Below the pieces are notes generated by a model. It ran no database searches. It was not told the DNA's origin and was given only the letters and a program-made list of their open reading frames with translations. Shown one piece after another: positions 41,761-53,055 of a stretch of DNA of 64,000 nt. The DNA is taken from contig CAWHDR010000001.1 of assembly GCA_963828165.1 (NCBI GenBank), positions 2,208,001-2,272,000 on the forward strand, written 5' to 3'. Each line of letters opens with the position of its first letter. Within the stretch, counting starts at the first letter, position 1. The stretch is from an uncultured Chloroflexia bacterium (GTDB lineage Bacteria; Chloroflexota; Limnocylindria; Limnocylindrales; CSP1-4). A program made the position numbers and the translations under genes.

Positions 41761-42449
41761 CCGGCACCGGCGCACCAGAGGGCTTGCCCTCACGTGACCT
41801 CGTCGATGTACGGCTGGCCGCCGCGATCGAGCTCGGCGGCTGCGCTGTTTGCGCCGTCCGGGCCCGCTCGGAACGCGCGACGCTGGACGCGATCATCGCG
41901 GAGCGCGTGCTCGATATCGGCTTTCGGGAGGGACTCGAGCGCGAACATGGGTTCTGCCGCCGCCATTCGGCCGAGCTGCTCGAAGCCAATCGACAGGCGT
42001 CGGGCAGCCTCGGTTCGTCGATCCTGTTCGGGGCGATCGTCGAACGACGCGCCGCCGCGCTCCAAGCGGCGATCGGCACCCGGGGTCGGAGCCGTCGTCA
42101 GCGGCTCGCCGAAGCCGGTCGACGACCACCGTGCATCGCCTGCGGCCAGGGCGTCTCGGGTGTCGACATCGCGCTCGCCCGGCTGGTCCAGCGGAGCGCG
42201 GACCCGGCCTGGGCCTCGGCCATGCTCGAGATCCCGTTCTGCCTCGACGATCTGACGGCCTTGCTGGCCGCCGCCGGTGACGAGGCGTCGTTCGCCCCGA
42301 TCGCCGCCCATCACCTCTCCCGGCTCGACGACCTGCGTCGCCGGCTCGGTGGCTTCGTGGATCATTCCGCCCAGGACCGCCGACACCTGCTGACGGATGA
42401 GGAACGATCGGCGGCAGACGAGGCCGCGCGGCTGCTCGCGGGCGATTGA
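41757..42449 (+). CDS. Hypothetical protein with duplicated CxxC/FC motifs (DUF6062-like)
   Basis: CAVC, GFCRRH, CIAC, FCLDD; GTGA-coupled to acuC. Confidence 0.7.
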   Translation: MTGTGAPEGLPSRDLVDVRLAAAIELGGCAVCAVRARSERATLDAIIAERVLDIGFREGLEREHGFCRRHSAELLEANRQASGSLGSSILFGAIVERRAAALQAAIGTRGRSRRQRLAEAGRRPPCIACGQGVSGVDIALARLVQRSADPAWASAMLEIPFCLDDLTALLAAAGDEASFAPIAAHHLSRLDDLRRRLGGFVDHSAQDRRHLLTDEERSAADEAARLLAGD

Positions 42450-42614
42450 TGCAGTTCGTTCACCGGGGACCAGGCCGACGAGCCGTCGTCCGCCGGAAGA
42501 TCGATGCCGCCTTCGGTCGGGCCGGCAGGCCGGCCCCCCGACGGCCAAGTCAGCCGTTGAACCTTGACCCAGGATGCCGACCCGTAGCCGCGCCGTCGAG
42601 CTATCGGGGCGTGA

Positions 42615-42773
42615 TTTAGCGTGAGTGAACGAATGCACCGGCAAGCCTCTTTGTTGCCGCTGCACGCGTCTCCTCGCGTCATGATCTTCGCTCACGGTGA
42701 ACGCCCGCCGGCGTGACATCTCGGCAGGGACGACCTTATGGCGCATCCCTGGCGAGTGTTCAGTGCCAGTGAA
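42615..42773. repeat. Three-box palindromic array, family 2, downstream flank of paralog 2
   Basis: TTTAGCGTGAGTGAA (42615), TTCGCTCACGGTGAA (42687), TTCAGTGCCAGTGAA (42759); spacings 72 and 72. Confidence 0.8.
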
Positions 42774-42818
42774 TCTCGAAGAGGAAGCCGGAAGCCTCGA
42801 ACCGACTACGGGTGCCAG

Positions 42819-43571
42819 TCACCGACCGAAGGCCACGCCTCGCGGAGGTCGATCGAGCAGCGTCACCACGTCGCCTTCGGCCCTCGCCCATAGGACACCT
42901 GGTCCCGGCCATGGACCATGCCCACAGACCGCCTCAAACACATCCCTGGCGCGGGCGGGATAGAGCGCCTGGAAGGTTTCCGGAAATCGATGGGCCAGAT
43001 CCCGAGTGGTCCGCGTCGACCGAAGAACAAGCAGTCGACTGACCTCCGCGCCGGATGGCGCATTCGACCACAGGGCCGCCGACGGCAGCGACGACGCCTT
43101 GTCCTGTGCCCATCGGAAGTGCTGCTCGAGGCGGCGGATCTCCGAGCTCACCTCTGTTGCCAGGAAGAGCGGCTCGGCGTGATCCCTGAGGACGATGTCG
43201 ATGTAGCCGCGGGCGGGTCGCGTGACCGGGACTTCCACGAATGTTCGCCAGCGAGGTCGGACCGCTCGCAGGATGTGCTCGACGATCTGGCTCTGGATCC
43301 GATCATGGATCCGGGGACCTGTGTTCGGGTATGCCCTCAGCGACAGGTCGGCGCCGAGGACATCGGCGATCCCAACCAGGACCGTCGTGCTCGCCTCCGA
43401 AGAACCTTGTTCGATTCCGCACAGGTGGCCCGGACTGATCCCGACCGATCTCGCCACCGCCGCCTGCGTCAGTGCCGCATCCTCGCGAAGTCGTCGAAAC
43501 TCCCCGCCGATCGACGCTCTGACCTGCCGTGTCCGCGCGCGCCGCCGCCGCTCGTCCTCTCGTGCACTCAA
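42819..43571 (-). CDS. XRE-family HTH fused to PD-(D/E)XK/DUF559-like putative nuclease domain (paralog 2)
   Basis: FRRLREDAALTQAAVARSVGISPGHLCGIE HTH; RAYP.GP.I.D..Q-type linker shared with paralog 1; EVP...YID...EVS; start TTG 43571 or ATG 43604. Confidence 0.75.
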   Translation of the reverse strand: MSAREDERRRRARTRQVRASIGGEFRRLREDAALTQAAVARSVGISPGHLCGIEQGSSEASTTVLVGIADVLGADLSLRAYPNTGPRIHDRIQSQIVEHILRAVRPRWRTFVEVPVTRPARGYIDIVLRDHAEPLFLATEVSSEIRRLEQHFRWAQDKASSLPSAALWSNAPSGAEVSRLLVLRSTRTTRDLAHRFPETFQALYPARARDVFEAVCGHGPWPGPGVLWARAEGDVVTLLDRPPRGVAFGR

Positions 43572-43608
43572 GGCGGAACTCCATCCTGCAAGGCGGAACT
43601 CCATCCTG
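43569..43608. repeat. 20-bp tandem duplication over the start region of paralog 2
   Basis: CAAGGCGGAACTCCATCCTG x2. Confidence 0.9.
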
Positions 43609-43619
43609 CCGGCGGCCGA

Positions 43620-43996
43620 TTTAGGGCCAGTGAACCAAATCTCGCTCTACCGGCGCTTATCACGCCGAGGGACCGACAGATGCAGCGCTGTCGCCACGAC
43701 GTTCACTGGCGGTGAACCCTGACGCGCCAAACTCGGGTGGTTCGGGGCCGAGCGCGGTTTGGGCCCGATCGCGTTCGCTGTCAGTGAATCCCGTCTCGGG
43801 ACGGGCTCACCGATCTGGCATAGCCCCCCGGACGTTCACTGGCGGTGAACCCTGACGCGCCAGGCTCGGGTGGTTCGGGGCAGAGCGCGGTTTGGGCCCG
43901 ATCGCGTTCGCTGTCAGTGAATCCCGTCTCGGGACGGGCTCACCGATTTGGCCTAGCCGCCCGTCTCGGGACGCGCTCACCGATCTGGCGTAGCCG
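43620..43996. repeat. Family-2 box array with 133-bp tandem duplication, upstream flank of paralog 2
   Basis: Boxes at 43620, 43702, 43774, 43835, 43907 (spacings 82, 72, 61, 72); 43698-43826 repeated from 43831, partial third copy at 43960. Confidence 0.88.
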
Positions 43997-44069
43997 GCCC
44001 GGCTCGTTGTTGGTGGCACAAATAGAACGGACGATCGAAACGCGCACGCAGGCCTATACTCTCGAGTCC

Positions 44070-47000
44070 GTGGCCACGACCCTCGTCGCCGATCCGCTCG
44101 CGCCGTTCTCGCCGGCCGTTCGCGCCTGGTTCGAGGCGAGTTTCGAGGCGCCCACCCAGGCCCAGACGGAGGGATGGGCAGCCATCGCGCGAGGCGAGCA
44201 CACGCTCATCCACGCACCCACGGGGAGCGGCAAGACACTGGCCGCCTTCCTGTACACGCTCGACCGTCTCGCCCAGCATCCGAGCCCGCCGGTCCAGAAA
44301 GGCCAGACCGGCAACGTCCGGGTTCTCTACATCTCGCCGCTCAAGGCTCTGACGTACGACGTGGAGCGCAACCTGCGGGCCCCGCTCACGGGGATCGGCC
44401 TCGCGGCGCAGCGACTCGGCGAAGCACCTCCAAGCATCTCCGTCGCCAGCCGCACCGGCGACACCCCGGCCGAAGACCGCCGCGAGATCGCCCGACGCCC
44501 GCCCGACATCCTCATCACGACCCCGGAGAGCCTGTACCTGCTCCTGACCAGCCAGGCGCGCGAGATCCTCCGTGGCGTCGAACACGTCATCGTCGACGAG
44601 ATCCACGCGATGGCCGGCACGAAACGGGGTGCCCACCTTGCCCTGAGCCTGGAACGGCTTGAGGCGCTCCGTCCCGAGGGCGCAGAGCCGCCACAGCGCA
44701 TCGGCCTGTCGGCCACCCAGCGGCCGCTGGACGCGATCGCCCGCTTCCTCGGTGGCATCGGGCCGGATCGCGAGGTCACGATCGTCGATGCAGGCGCCCG
44801 GAAGCCGCTCGACCTGCAGGTCGTCGTACCGGTCGACGACATGAGCGCCATCGGCGATGTCCTGCCGCAGGAGCAGCAGCCCGGCGGGCCGGCGATCAGT
44901 CCGGACCTGCGCACGAGCATCTGGCCGGCGATCCACCCGCGGATCCTCGAGCTGATCCGCAGCCACAAGAGCACGATCGTGTTCACGAACAGCCGGCGCC
45001 TCAGCGAGCGTCTGGCCCAGCGCCTCAACGAGCTCGCCGGGGAGGAGCTCGTGCGTGCCCACCACGGCAGCATCGCTCGTGAACAGCGGCTCGAGATCGA
45101 GGAGGAGCTGAAGGCCGGCCGCCTCCCGGCCCTCGTCGCCACGAGCTCGAGCCTCGAGCTCGGCATCGACATGGGCGCCGTCGATCTCGTCATCCAGGTC
45201 GAGAGCCCGACGAGCGTGGCCCGTGGCCTCCAGCGGGTCGGTCGGGCTGGTCACCAGGTCGGCGCGCCCAGCAAGGGCGTCATCTTCCCGAAGTACCGCG
45301 GCGACCTGCTCGAGGTCGCGGTGGTCACCAGACGGATGCACGAGGGCGCGATCGAGGCCACGAAGATCCCGCGGAATCCGCTCGATGTCCTCGCTCAGCA
45401 GCTCGTGGCGATGACCGTGATGGACCGCTGGACGGGTGAGGACCTGCTCCGCACCATCACGAGAGCGGCGCCCTACGAGACGCTCACGCGCGATGTCCTC
45501 GACGGTGTCCTTGGCATGCTCGCGGGCGCCTACCCATCGGACGAGTTCGCGGAACTCAAGCCGCGCATGGTGTGGGACCGCGTCACCGACACGATCGAGG
45601 GCCGCCGCGACGCGCGCGTCGTCGCCGTCACGAGCGGCGGCACGATCCCCGATCGCGGCCTCTTTGGCGTGTTCATGGAAGGCGAGGCCGGCACGCCCGG
45701 CCGCCGCGTGGGCGAGCTCGACGAGGAGATGGTCTACGAGCTTCGCGCCGGGATGCACGGTGACGTCATCGTGCTCGGGGCGAGCAGCTGGCGCGTCCTC
45801 GAGATCGGTCATGACCGGGTCACCGTCAGCCCGGCTCCCGGCGTCCCCGGCAAGCTGCCGTTCTGGAAGGGCGACGCCGTGGGCCGGCCGATCGAATTGG
45901 GCCGGGCGCTCGGGGCGTTCGTCGGCGAGATGGAGACCAACCTTGGGCGTGGCGCCAAGGGCCGGCGCGATGCCACCAAGCGACTGCGGGAGCATCACGA
46001 CCTCGACGAACGGGCTGCCGAGAACCTTGTCGCCTACCTGGAGGACGAGCGAGAGGCCACGGGCGCCCTCCCCACGGACAAGCGAGTGGTGGTGGAGCGG
46101 TTCCGCGACGAGCTGGGCGACTGGCGGCTGACGCTCCTGACGCCGTTCGGTGGGCGAGTCCATGCGCCGTGGTCCCTGGCCATCGAGTCCCGTCTCCAGG
46201 AACGGCTCGGGATGGAGGTCCAGACCATCTGGTCCGACGACGGGATCGCGATCCGGATGCCGGAAGGTGAGGCCAGCCTCGACGGGGTCGAGGAGCTGCT
46301 GTTCCCCGCCGCGGAGGATGTCGAGGACCTCGTGGTCGGGCAGGTCGCCAACTCCGCGCTCTTCGCGAGCCGCTTCCGGGAGAACGCGGCCCGGGCGCTC
46401 CTCCTGCCGCGGCGCCGGCCCGGTACCCGGACGCCGCTCTGGCAGCAGCGCCAGCGCGCGGCAGACCTGCTGGCCGTCGCCAGCCGTTATGGCAGCTTCC
46501 CGATCCTGGTCGAGACGTACCGCGAGTGCCTGTCCGACGTGTTCGACCTCGACGCGCTGCGCGAGATCCTCGGTGGCATCTCGAGCCGTGAGATCGCCGT
46601 GCACGGTGTCGAGACGCCGAAGGCGAGCCCGTTCGCGAGCAGCCTGCTGTTCGACTACGTGGCGGCCTACATGTACGACGGCGACACGCCATTGGCCGAG
46701 CGGCGGGCCGGCGCCCTCACCCTGGACCGCGACTTGCTGCGTGAGCTGCTCGGCCAGGAGGAGCTCCGGGAGCTGCTCGACCCCGATGCCCTCGGCGACC
46801 TCGAGCTGTCGCTGCAGGCGCTCGTCGAGGACCGGGCCGCCACGACGCTCGACCAGGTCCACGACCTGCTGCGCCGCCTGGGGGACCTGTCCGCCGACGA
46901 AGTGAGTGCCCGGACCGCGGGCGGTGCCCCCGTCGCCGTTCCGTGGCTGGCGGAGCTGGAAGCGGCCCGCCGTGCTGTCCGTGTCCGCATCGCGGGCGAC

Positions 47001-48633
47001 GAGCGCTGGATCGCGATCGAAGATGTCGCTCGCTACCGAGACGGTGTGGGCGTCACGGCGCCGGTCGGGGTGCCGGCCGCGTTCCTGGGTCCGGCGGCAG
47101 GCGCGCTCGATGGGCTGCTGGCGCGCTTTGCGCGGACCCACGGCCCGTTCCTGACCCCCGACCCGGCGCGCCGCTGGGGCTTGCCTGCCGGTATCGTCGG
47201 CGACGCCCTGGAGCGCCTCCTGGCCAACGGTTCGCTGCTCCTCGGTGAGTTTCGGCCGGGTGGAGCGGAACGGGAGTGGTGCGATCCCGGATGTCCTGCG
47301 ATTGCTGCGCCGCCGCTCCCTCGCGCGCCTGCGACGCGAGGTGGAGCCGGTCGATCCGGCCGCGCTGGGCCGCTTCCTCCCGGCGTGGCATGGCGTGGCG
47401 CCGGTCGGCGGCCCGGGCGCGGACGCATCGCCATTCCGCGGTTCCGCTGCGCTCGAGCGCCTCGCGGAGGTCGTCGATCAGCTCGCCGGCGTTGCCATCC
47501 CGGCGTCCGTGCTGGAACGCGACGTGCTGCCGGCCCGCGTGCCCGGCTACCAGCCGCGTCTGCTCGACGAGCTCGGCGCGATGGGCGAGGTCGGCTGGGT
47601 GGGGCGGGGGAGCCTCGGCCGCGACGACGGTCGGATCGCGCTGTTCCGCCCCGGTCGCGATGCTCTGCGTCCGATCACGCCGCCGGATGGCGCGGAGCGG
47701 CCGGAGAGCGAGCGCCACGATCTGATCCGCGAGCACCTCGGCCGCCGGGGCGCGAGCTTCTATCGCGAGATCCATGCCGCGGCCGGCGGCGGCTCGGACC
47801 GGGCGATGCTCGATGCGCTGTGGGACCTCGTCTGGGTCGGCGAAGTCACGAACGACACGTTCGCGCCGCTCCGGGCCCTACGCTGGAAGCGCCCCACCGG
47901 CGGCAACGGGGCGCGGCCGCGACCGGGTCGCCTGACCGCGCTCGGTCCACCCGAGGCGGCGGGACGATGGTCGCTCGTGGAACCCGCGACGGAGCTGACT
48001 GCGACGGAACGCCTCCATGCGCAGGCCCTCGCGTTACTGGAACGCTATGGCGTGCTGACCCGCGAGGCCGTCGCCAGTGAAGGAGTCGATGGCGGGTTCG
48101 CCGGCGTCTACCCCGTCCTCCGCGCGCTCGAGGACGCCGGGCGGATCCGGCGGGGCTACTTCGTCGACGGCCTCGGTGCCGCGCAGTTCGCACTGGCGGG
48201 CGCGCTCGATCGACTGCGGGCCGTCCGCGAACCGGCCGACCGTCCGGCGGAGGGGTCGGTCCACCTGCTGGCCGCTGCCGACCCGGCGAACGCGTACGGT
48301 GCGGCCCTGCCGTGGCCCCGCCGGGGCGAGGCCGACCGGCGCCCCCTCCAGCGGGCGGCCGGAGCCTACGTCGTCCTTGTGGACGGAGTCGCGGCGCTGT
48401 ACCTGGAGCGCGGTGGCTCCACGCTGCAGACCCTGGCCCCCGCCGACGATCCGGCCGTCGCCGATGCTGCGATCCGCGGCCTCGGCGCGCTCGTCGGGAC
48501 GGGCCGGGCGCGCGAGCTCGTGATCCGCAAGGTCGACGGCCTGCCCGTCGCCGACGCTCCGTTCCGCGACCAGTTGCTCGCATCGGGCTTCAGCGCCGGC
48601 TACCGCGGCCTGGTCATGCGCGGCGCCCGATAA
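44070..48633 (+). CDS. lhr: Lhr family ATP-dependent helicase (apparent frameshift ~47288)
   Basis: APTGSGKT, DEIH, SAT, HHGS, LELGIDMG, QRVGRAGH; C-terminal IRRGYFVDGLGAAQFA; TATACT-N9-GTG. Confidence 0.92.
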
Positions 48634-48649
48634 CCGCGAGCGACCTCCG

Positions 48650-49477
48650 ATGCCCGAAGGCGACACGCTCTTCCGCACCGCCGCCGGTCTGCGGCCGTAC
48701 CTCGTGGGACGGGACGTGCTGGCCGCGCGCGCCCAGGGTCCCGGCGCCATCCCGCAGGTCCAACGGATCGTCGGCAAGCGCATCGATGCGGTCGAATCGC
48801 AGGGCAAGAACCTCCTGATCCGGTTCGACGGCGGCCTGCAGATCAGGACCCACCTCCGGATGAACGGCTCATGGCACCGCTACCGACCCGGCGAGCGCTG
48901 GCGTCGGCCGCCCGGCCGCGCCCGGCTCGTGCTGGAGGTCGACGGTGCGGTCGCGGTCTGTTTCGATGCCCCGGTGATCGAGCTGTTCGAGACGCGGAGC
49001 GAGCCATTCCATCCGTCCCTCTCGCGTCTGGGACCGGACCTCCTCGCCCCCGACTTCGATGCGGCCGAGGCCCACCGCCGGCTGCGCGCGCCCGAGCGGG
49101 CCGACCTGGAGATCGGCGTCGCGCTTCTCGACCAGCGGGCGCTGGCCGGCATCGGCAACGTCTACAAGAACGAGGTCCTGTGGATCGAGCGCGTCGCGCC
49201 GTTCGCCTCCGTCGCGACGCTCGACGACGCCACGCTCGAGCGGCTCGTCGCCACCGCCCGCCGCCTGATGCGCGCGAACGTCGACGCGCGGCGCGGACCG
49301 GAGCGCGTGACGACGGCCGGTGATCGAGGCGCCCCGGGCTCGCTGTACGTCTACGGCCGCACGGGACGTCCCTGCCGCCGCTGCGGGACCGCGATCGCCG
49401 TCGCCCGTCAGGGCACCGACCTACCACGCACGACCTACTGGTGCCCGAGGTGCCAGGGACCTGGAGCCGACACATGA
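48650..49477 (+). CDS. nei: Fpg/Nei family DNA glycosylase
   Basis: N-terminal PEG, GKNL, HLRMNG, LLDQRALAGIGNVY, C4 zinc finger. Confidence 0.93.
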   Translation: MPEGDTLFRTAAGLRPYLVGRDVLAARAQGPGAIPQVQRIVGKRIDAVESQGKNLLIRFDGGLQIRTHLRMNGSWHRYRPGERWRRPPGRARLVLEVDGAVAVCFDAPVIELFETRSEPFHPSLSRLGPDLLAPDFDAAEAHRRLRAPERADLEIGVALLDQRALAGIGNVYKNEVLWIERVAPFASVATLDDATLERLVATARRLMRANVDARRGPERVTTAGDRGAPGSLYVYGRTGRPCRRCGTAIAVARQGTDLPRTTYWCPRCQGPGADT

Positions 49478-49767
49478 ACCAGATCGACGTCCGGTGCGAC
49501 GCGACCGCGACCGGCTGGCGCTGCGCCGTGACCATCGACGACGGCCGAGGGACGAGCACGCACGACGTCACCGTGGCCGCCGAGGACGCCACCGATCTCG
49601 CGGCAGCGGCTGACGGGGCCGACGTCGAGCGGCTGGTCTACGAGACGGTCGCCTTCCTCCTCGAGCGAGAGGCCAAGGAATCGATCCTGCGCAGCTTCGA
49701 TCTCACGGTCGTGGGCCGCTACTTCCCCGAGTTCGAAGATGAGGTCCGGAGCCGCCTCGCGCCCTGA
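49474..49767 (+). CDS. Small conserved hypothetical protein
   Basis: ATGA-coupled to nei; FLLEREAKESILRSFDL...YFPEFE. Confidence 0.75.
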   Translation: MNQIDVRCDATATGWRCAVTIDDGRGTSTHDVTVAAEDATDLAAAADGADVERLVYETVAFLLEREAKESILRSFDLTVVGRYFPEFEDEVRSRLAP

Positions 49768-49776
49768 GCTCCGTCC

Positions 49777-51610
49777 TCACTCGACGGGCGTGGTGTAGGT
49801 CACGTACCCGCCGGGGACGTCGACGGTACAGGGGCTCTTCGAGGTGACGAACACCGCTGCCGGAAGCTCGACGACGGCAGTTCGCCGGATCCCCAGCGCC
49901 CGATACGCGATGTCGAAGCGGCTCAGAGGCACGGTCCTGACGATGTCGTCTGCGGCAGCGCACGGGCCAGCCCTTCCAACGACCACGATCGCCAGTTCAT
50001 CGCCCGGAGCAAGGGTCACTGGCCAACGTGCCGACGCATCTTCCGGCCTGGCGGAGAGGTACGTGACCCGCCCGTCCGACGGCTGGACCACCCAGCCCAG
50101 GCTCACGATCGAGGCGATGTACGGGTTCGGCTCGGTCGTCGACACGCCCTCGAGACCGAGGACGGTCAGCGGCAGGACGCCGGGATTGTGGATCTTCGAG
50201 GTGAGCACGAAGGGGTCCCCTGGTGACAATCGGTAGGTGACGGTCTCGGACAGGCCCAGCACGGCATAGCCAACCTCGCCGTTGTCGCCCGTGACCCACG
50301 CGCGATCCTGAGAGGCGCGCGTGGGAACGCTGTGATCGACGACGGCCGACAACGTCCATCCGACCAGGGCGACCAGCACGATCACGCCGATCCGGCGACG
50401 CCATCGGCCGCGCCATGCGTATGTGACCAGCGCCGCGACACCGATTCCGACGAGTGCGAAGGGTGCAATACCCAGACCCGGCACGGCGGCGCCGAGGCCG
50501 TCGACCGCCGGGTCGAGACGCGGCTCGCTTGCGGCGGGCAGGAGCAGGTCCATGACCCCGAGGACGGCCAGGCCCGCCAGGGCTGCGAAACTGACCAGCA
50601 CCAGCGAACGATCGGACCAGGTCGGCCACGCTGGCCACGCACGCCAGGGTTCGCTGGCTGACGTCTCGAGCGGCTGAACCTCCTCGCTCCGCGGCGCGAT
50701 CATCACCGGAGAGGTCTGGGCTGTCGCGACGGCCGTCGGACATCTCCACCGCCGTCCAGTCGCCACTTGACGCGTTCGCGGCCTCCGCGACGGGTCGCCG
50801 ACGAAGTGCCACGAACGCAAGCACCAGCATTGGAACCACGACGGCGAGCAGGCCGAGCGACCTGCCGAAGCTGTCGCTCGTCAGCCTCTGGTTCTCGAGC
50901 TCCGAGAGCCTCGGCGCCATGTCCTCGATCCCGCTCACGAAGTCGTCGAGCGCCCCGTTGCGGGCTTCTGCTGTCGCCTCAGCGAGATCGTCGTCCAGGG
51001 CCCCGGGCTGCGCGATCGGGCGCCAGTACTGTTCGGCCTGGGCGCGTTCGATCAGGTCGCCTGCCAAGGTCAGGCAGCACACGGGTTTGCCCGTGGGCGT
51101 GAGCCCGATGACGGCGACGACGTCGCGGTCGCCATTCCCGTCGCGGTCGAACTGATCAGGCCAGCCTGCGGGCGTCGACAACTGAGCCGCGCCGGGCACG
51201 GGCTGGATGACGAGGGTCGCCTCGACCCCGGTCGCCGCGAAGACCGCGGCGAGTCGCCGCTCCGTCTCCGCAATGGCACCAGGGGTGAACAGGCCCGCAG
51301 GCGCGGACACGAACGGGGTCGTGACCAAGCCCGGAACGGCCGACGGCCCGCCGACCGTGCCCGGGTCCCGCACCGAGAGCGCGTCCGTACGCAGCAGCAT
51401 CGCGAGGAGGACGACCGCCACCGCGGCGACCGCGGCCACGCCGACGGCCGCCCGCCACGCCCCGCCGAGCCACCCGGTCCACCCCCCGGAGCGAACGGGC
51501 GACTCGGCGGTGACGGACTGCAGCCGTTCCCGGAGCACCGGGCTGAGGGACGCGGGCTCGCGAGCGGCCAGGAAGCCGCGCAGCTGCTGCTCGAATCGAT
51601 CGTCGGTCAT
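49777..51610 (-). CDS. Putative membrane anti-sigma factor-like protein (apparent frameshift ~50740)
   Basis: ATGA-coupled to ECF sigma; MTDDRFEQQLR N-terminus, several TM helices; coding continues in the 49777-50820 frame. Confidence 0.6.
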
Positions 51611-52134
51611 CGCTCGGTCTCCTCGCGGCGCTCGACCGTCGTTCGCAGGCGTCGGAGCGCGTGGTGCAGCCGGGATTTCACGGTGCCCTCGGCGATGCCG
51701 AGGCGGGCGGCGATCTGGGGCACGGTCAGGTCGGCGTAGTAGCGCAGTGCGACGACAACGGCGTGGTCCGGCTCGAGCCGAGCAAAGGCCCGCTCGAGCT
51801 CGTCGCGGGTCGCCAGCGCGATGCCGGCATCCGGCCCGGTCATCAGCGGCAGTCCGGCGTCGGTCGTGCCCAGCGACGGGATCGCGACGATGATCGGCCG
51901 GCGGCGGCGTGCCCTGAGCCGGTCGCGGCAGCCGTTGACGAGGATCCGTCCGAACCAAGCCTCGAACCGATCGCGCTCCCGTAGGCCCGCGAAGCCGCGC
52001 CACGCCACGACGGCGGCGTCGTGCACGGCATCCTCGGCCTCGATCGGATCGCCCAGGATCACGGCGGCGAGCCGGTAGTGGGTCTCGAGCCCGCGATCGA
52101 GCAAGGCGGCGAACGCGATCGCTCGGTCATCCAT
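51607..52134 (-). CDS. ECF-family RNA polymerase sigma factor
   Basis: AEDAVHDA, FEAWFGRILVNGCRD (region 2); IAARLGIAEGTVKSRL (region 4). Confidence 0.92.
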   Translation of the reverse strand: MDDRAIAFAALLDRGLETHYRLAAVILGDPIEAEDAVHDAAVVAWRGFAGLRERDRFEAWFGRILVNGCRDRLRARRRRPIIVAIPSLGTTDAGLPLMTGPDAGIALATRDELERAFARLEPDHAVVVALRYYADLTVPQIAARLGIAEGTVKSRLHHALRRLRTTVERREETER

Positions 52135-52270
52135 GGTGGCGTGCACCGTGCGGCTGGCCAGCACTCGTCTCCCTCCGACCCGTTCGGGTCCTTCGCACCG
52201 ACCTGACGACGACGGGAGGGAAAACGTTCACGGCGAATCGTACCCAGCGGCCCACGTATCATCGCGACCG

Positions 52271-52990
52271 ATGTGCGAGCACTACATCGCCCGGGCCGAC
52301 GAGCCGTTTCGCCTCGACGAGCTTTGGCCGTTCACGGAGCGCCTCGAGCGGTTCGGGATCGCCGGGTTCGGCTGGGGCGCGGCCTGGCTGGGTAGCGATG
52401 GCCGGCTCCACAGCCACCGCGACGTGCGCGCGTTCCGCGACGATCCCGACGGCGCTACGAAGGTCGGCACCGCGGAGACGACGGCGGCCCTCATCCACCT
52501 GCGCCGACCGTCGAGGCTCTCGACGCTCGACCTACCCGATACGCAGCCGTTCGACGATCCGTCCGGGCGGTACAGCTTCAGCCACAACGGCGACCTGCGC
52601 GATCACCGAGCCCTGCGCGCCACGTACCGAAAGGCTGGCCGGATCCACGGCCGGGCGGATACCGAGGTCGGCGCGCGCTGGCTCGAGGACGCGTGGCGCG
52701 ACGACGAGCCGGTCGCGCACCTGCTCACGGCACTCCACGATCGATTCGGTGGCCAGGCGAACCTCGCGGTGCTCACGGCCGATGGCACGCCGCATCACTA
52801 CGCGGGTAACTCGGAGAACCCCGTCTTCACGTTCCGCCTCGGGCGCATCGGCCTCGCGTCGACGGGGATCTATTCGCTCGATCGCTCGTTGTTCCGCTTC
52901 GTCGCACCCCGTGCGACCGAGCGTCGGCTGGTGCGACAGCGCTCGACCGTGGCGCTGGAACGTAACGGGAGCCCGGTTCAAGCGTTCTAG
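52271..52990 (+). CDS. Class II glutamine amidotransferase-like Ntn hydrolase (EgtC/YafJ-like)
   Basis: Met-Cys start, GFGWG, IHLR, DTQPF, FSHNG; TATCAT-N8-ATG. Confidence 0.8.
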   Translation: MCEHYIARADEPFRLDELWPFTERLERFGIAGFGWGAAWLGSDGRLHSHRDVRAFRDDPDGATKVGTAETTAALIHLRRPSRLSTLDLPDTQPFDDPSGRYSFSHNGDLRDHRALRATYRKAGRIHGRADTEVGARWLEDAWRDDEPVAHLLTALHDRFGGQANLAVLTADGTPHHYAGNSENPVFTFRLGRIGLASTGIYSLDRSLFRFVAPRATERRLVRQRSTVALERNGSPVQAF

Positions 52991-53055
52991 GATGCGACGG
53001 GGGTACGGCAGCCGGGTGGGCGACATCCGTGCCGAGGATCGAGGGAGCACCGCGC

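Noticed and set aside
42615-43996. Classical IS element
   Set aside because: No DDE, HUH or serine/tyrosine recombinase motifs, and no clear target-site duplication.
44070-49477. lhr-nei pairing as a novel system
   Set aside because: This linkage is already known from Actinobacteria such as mycobacteria.
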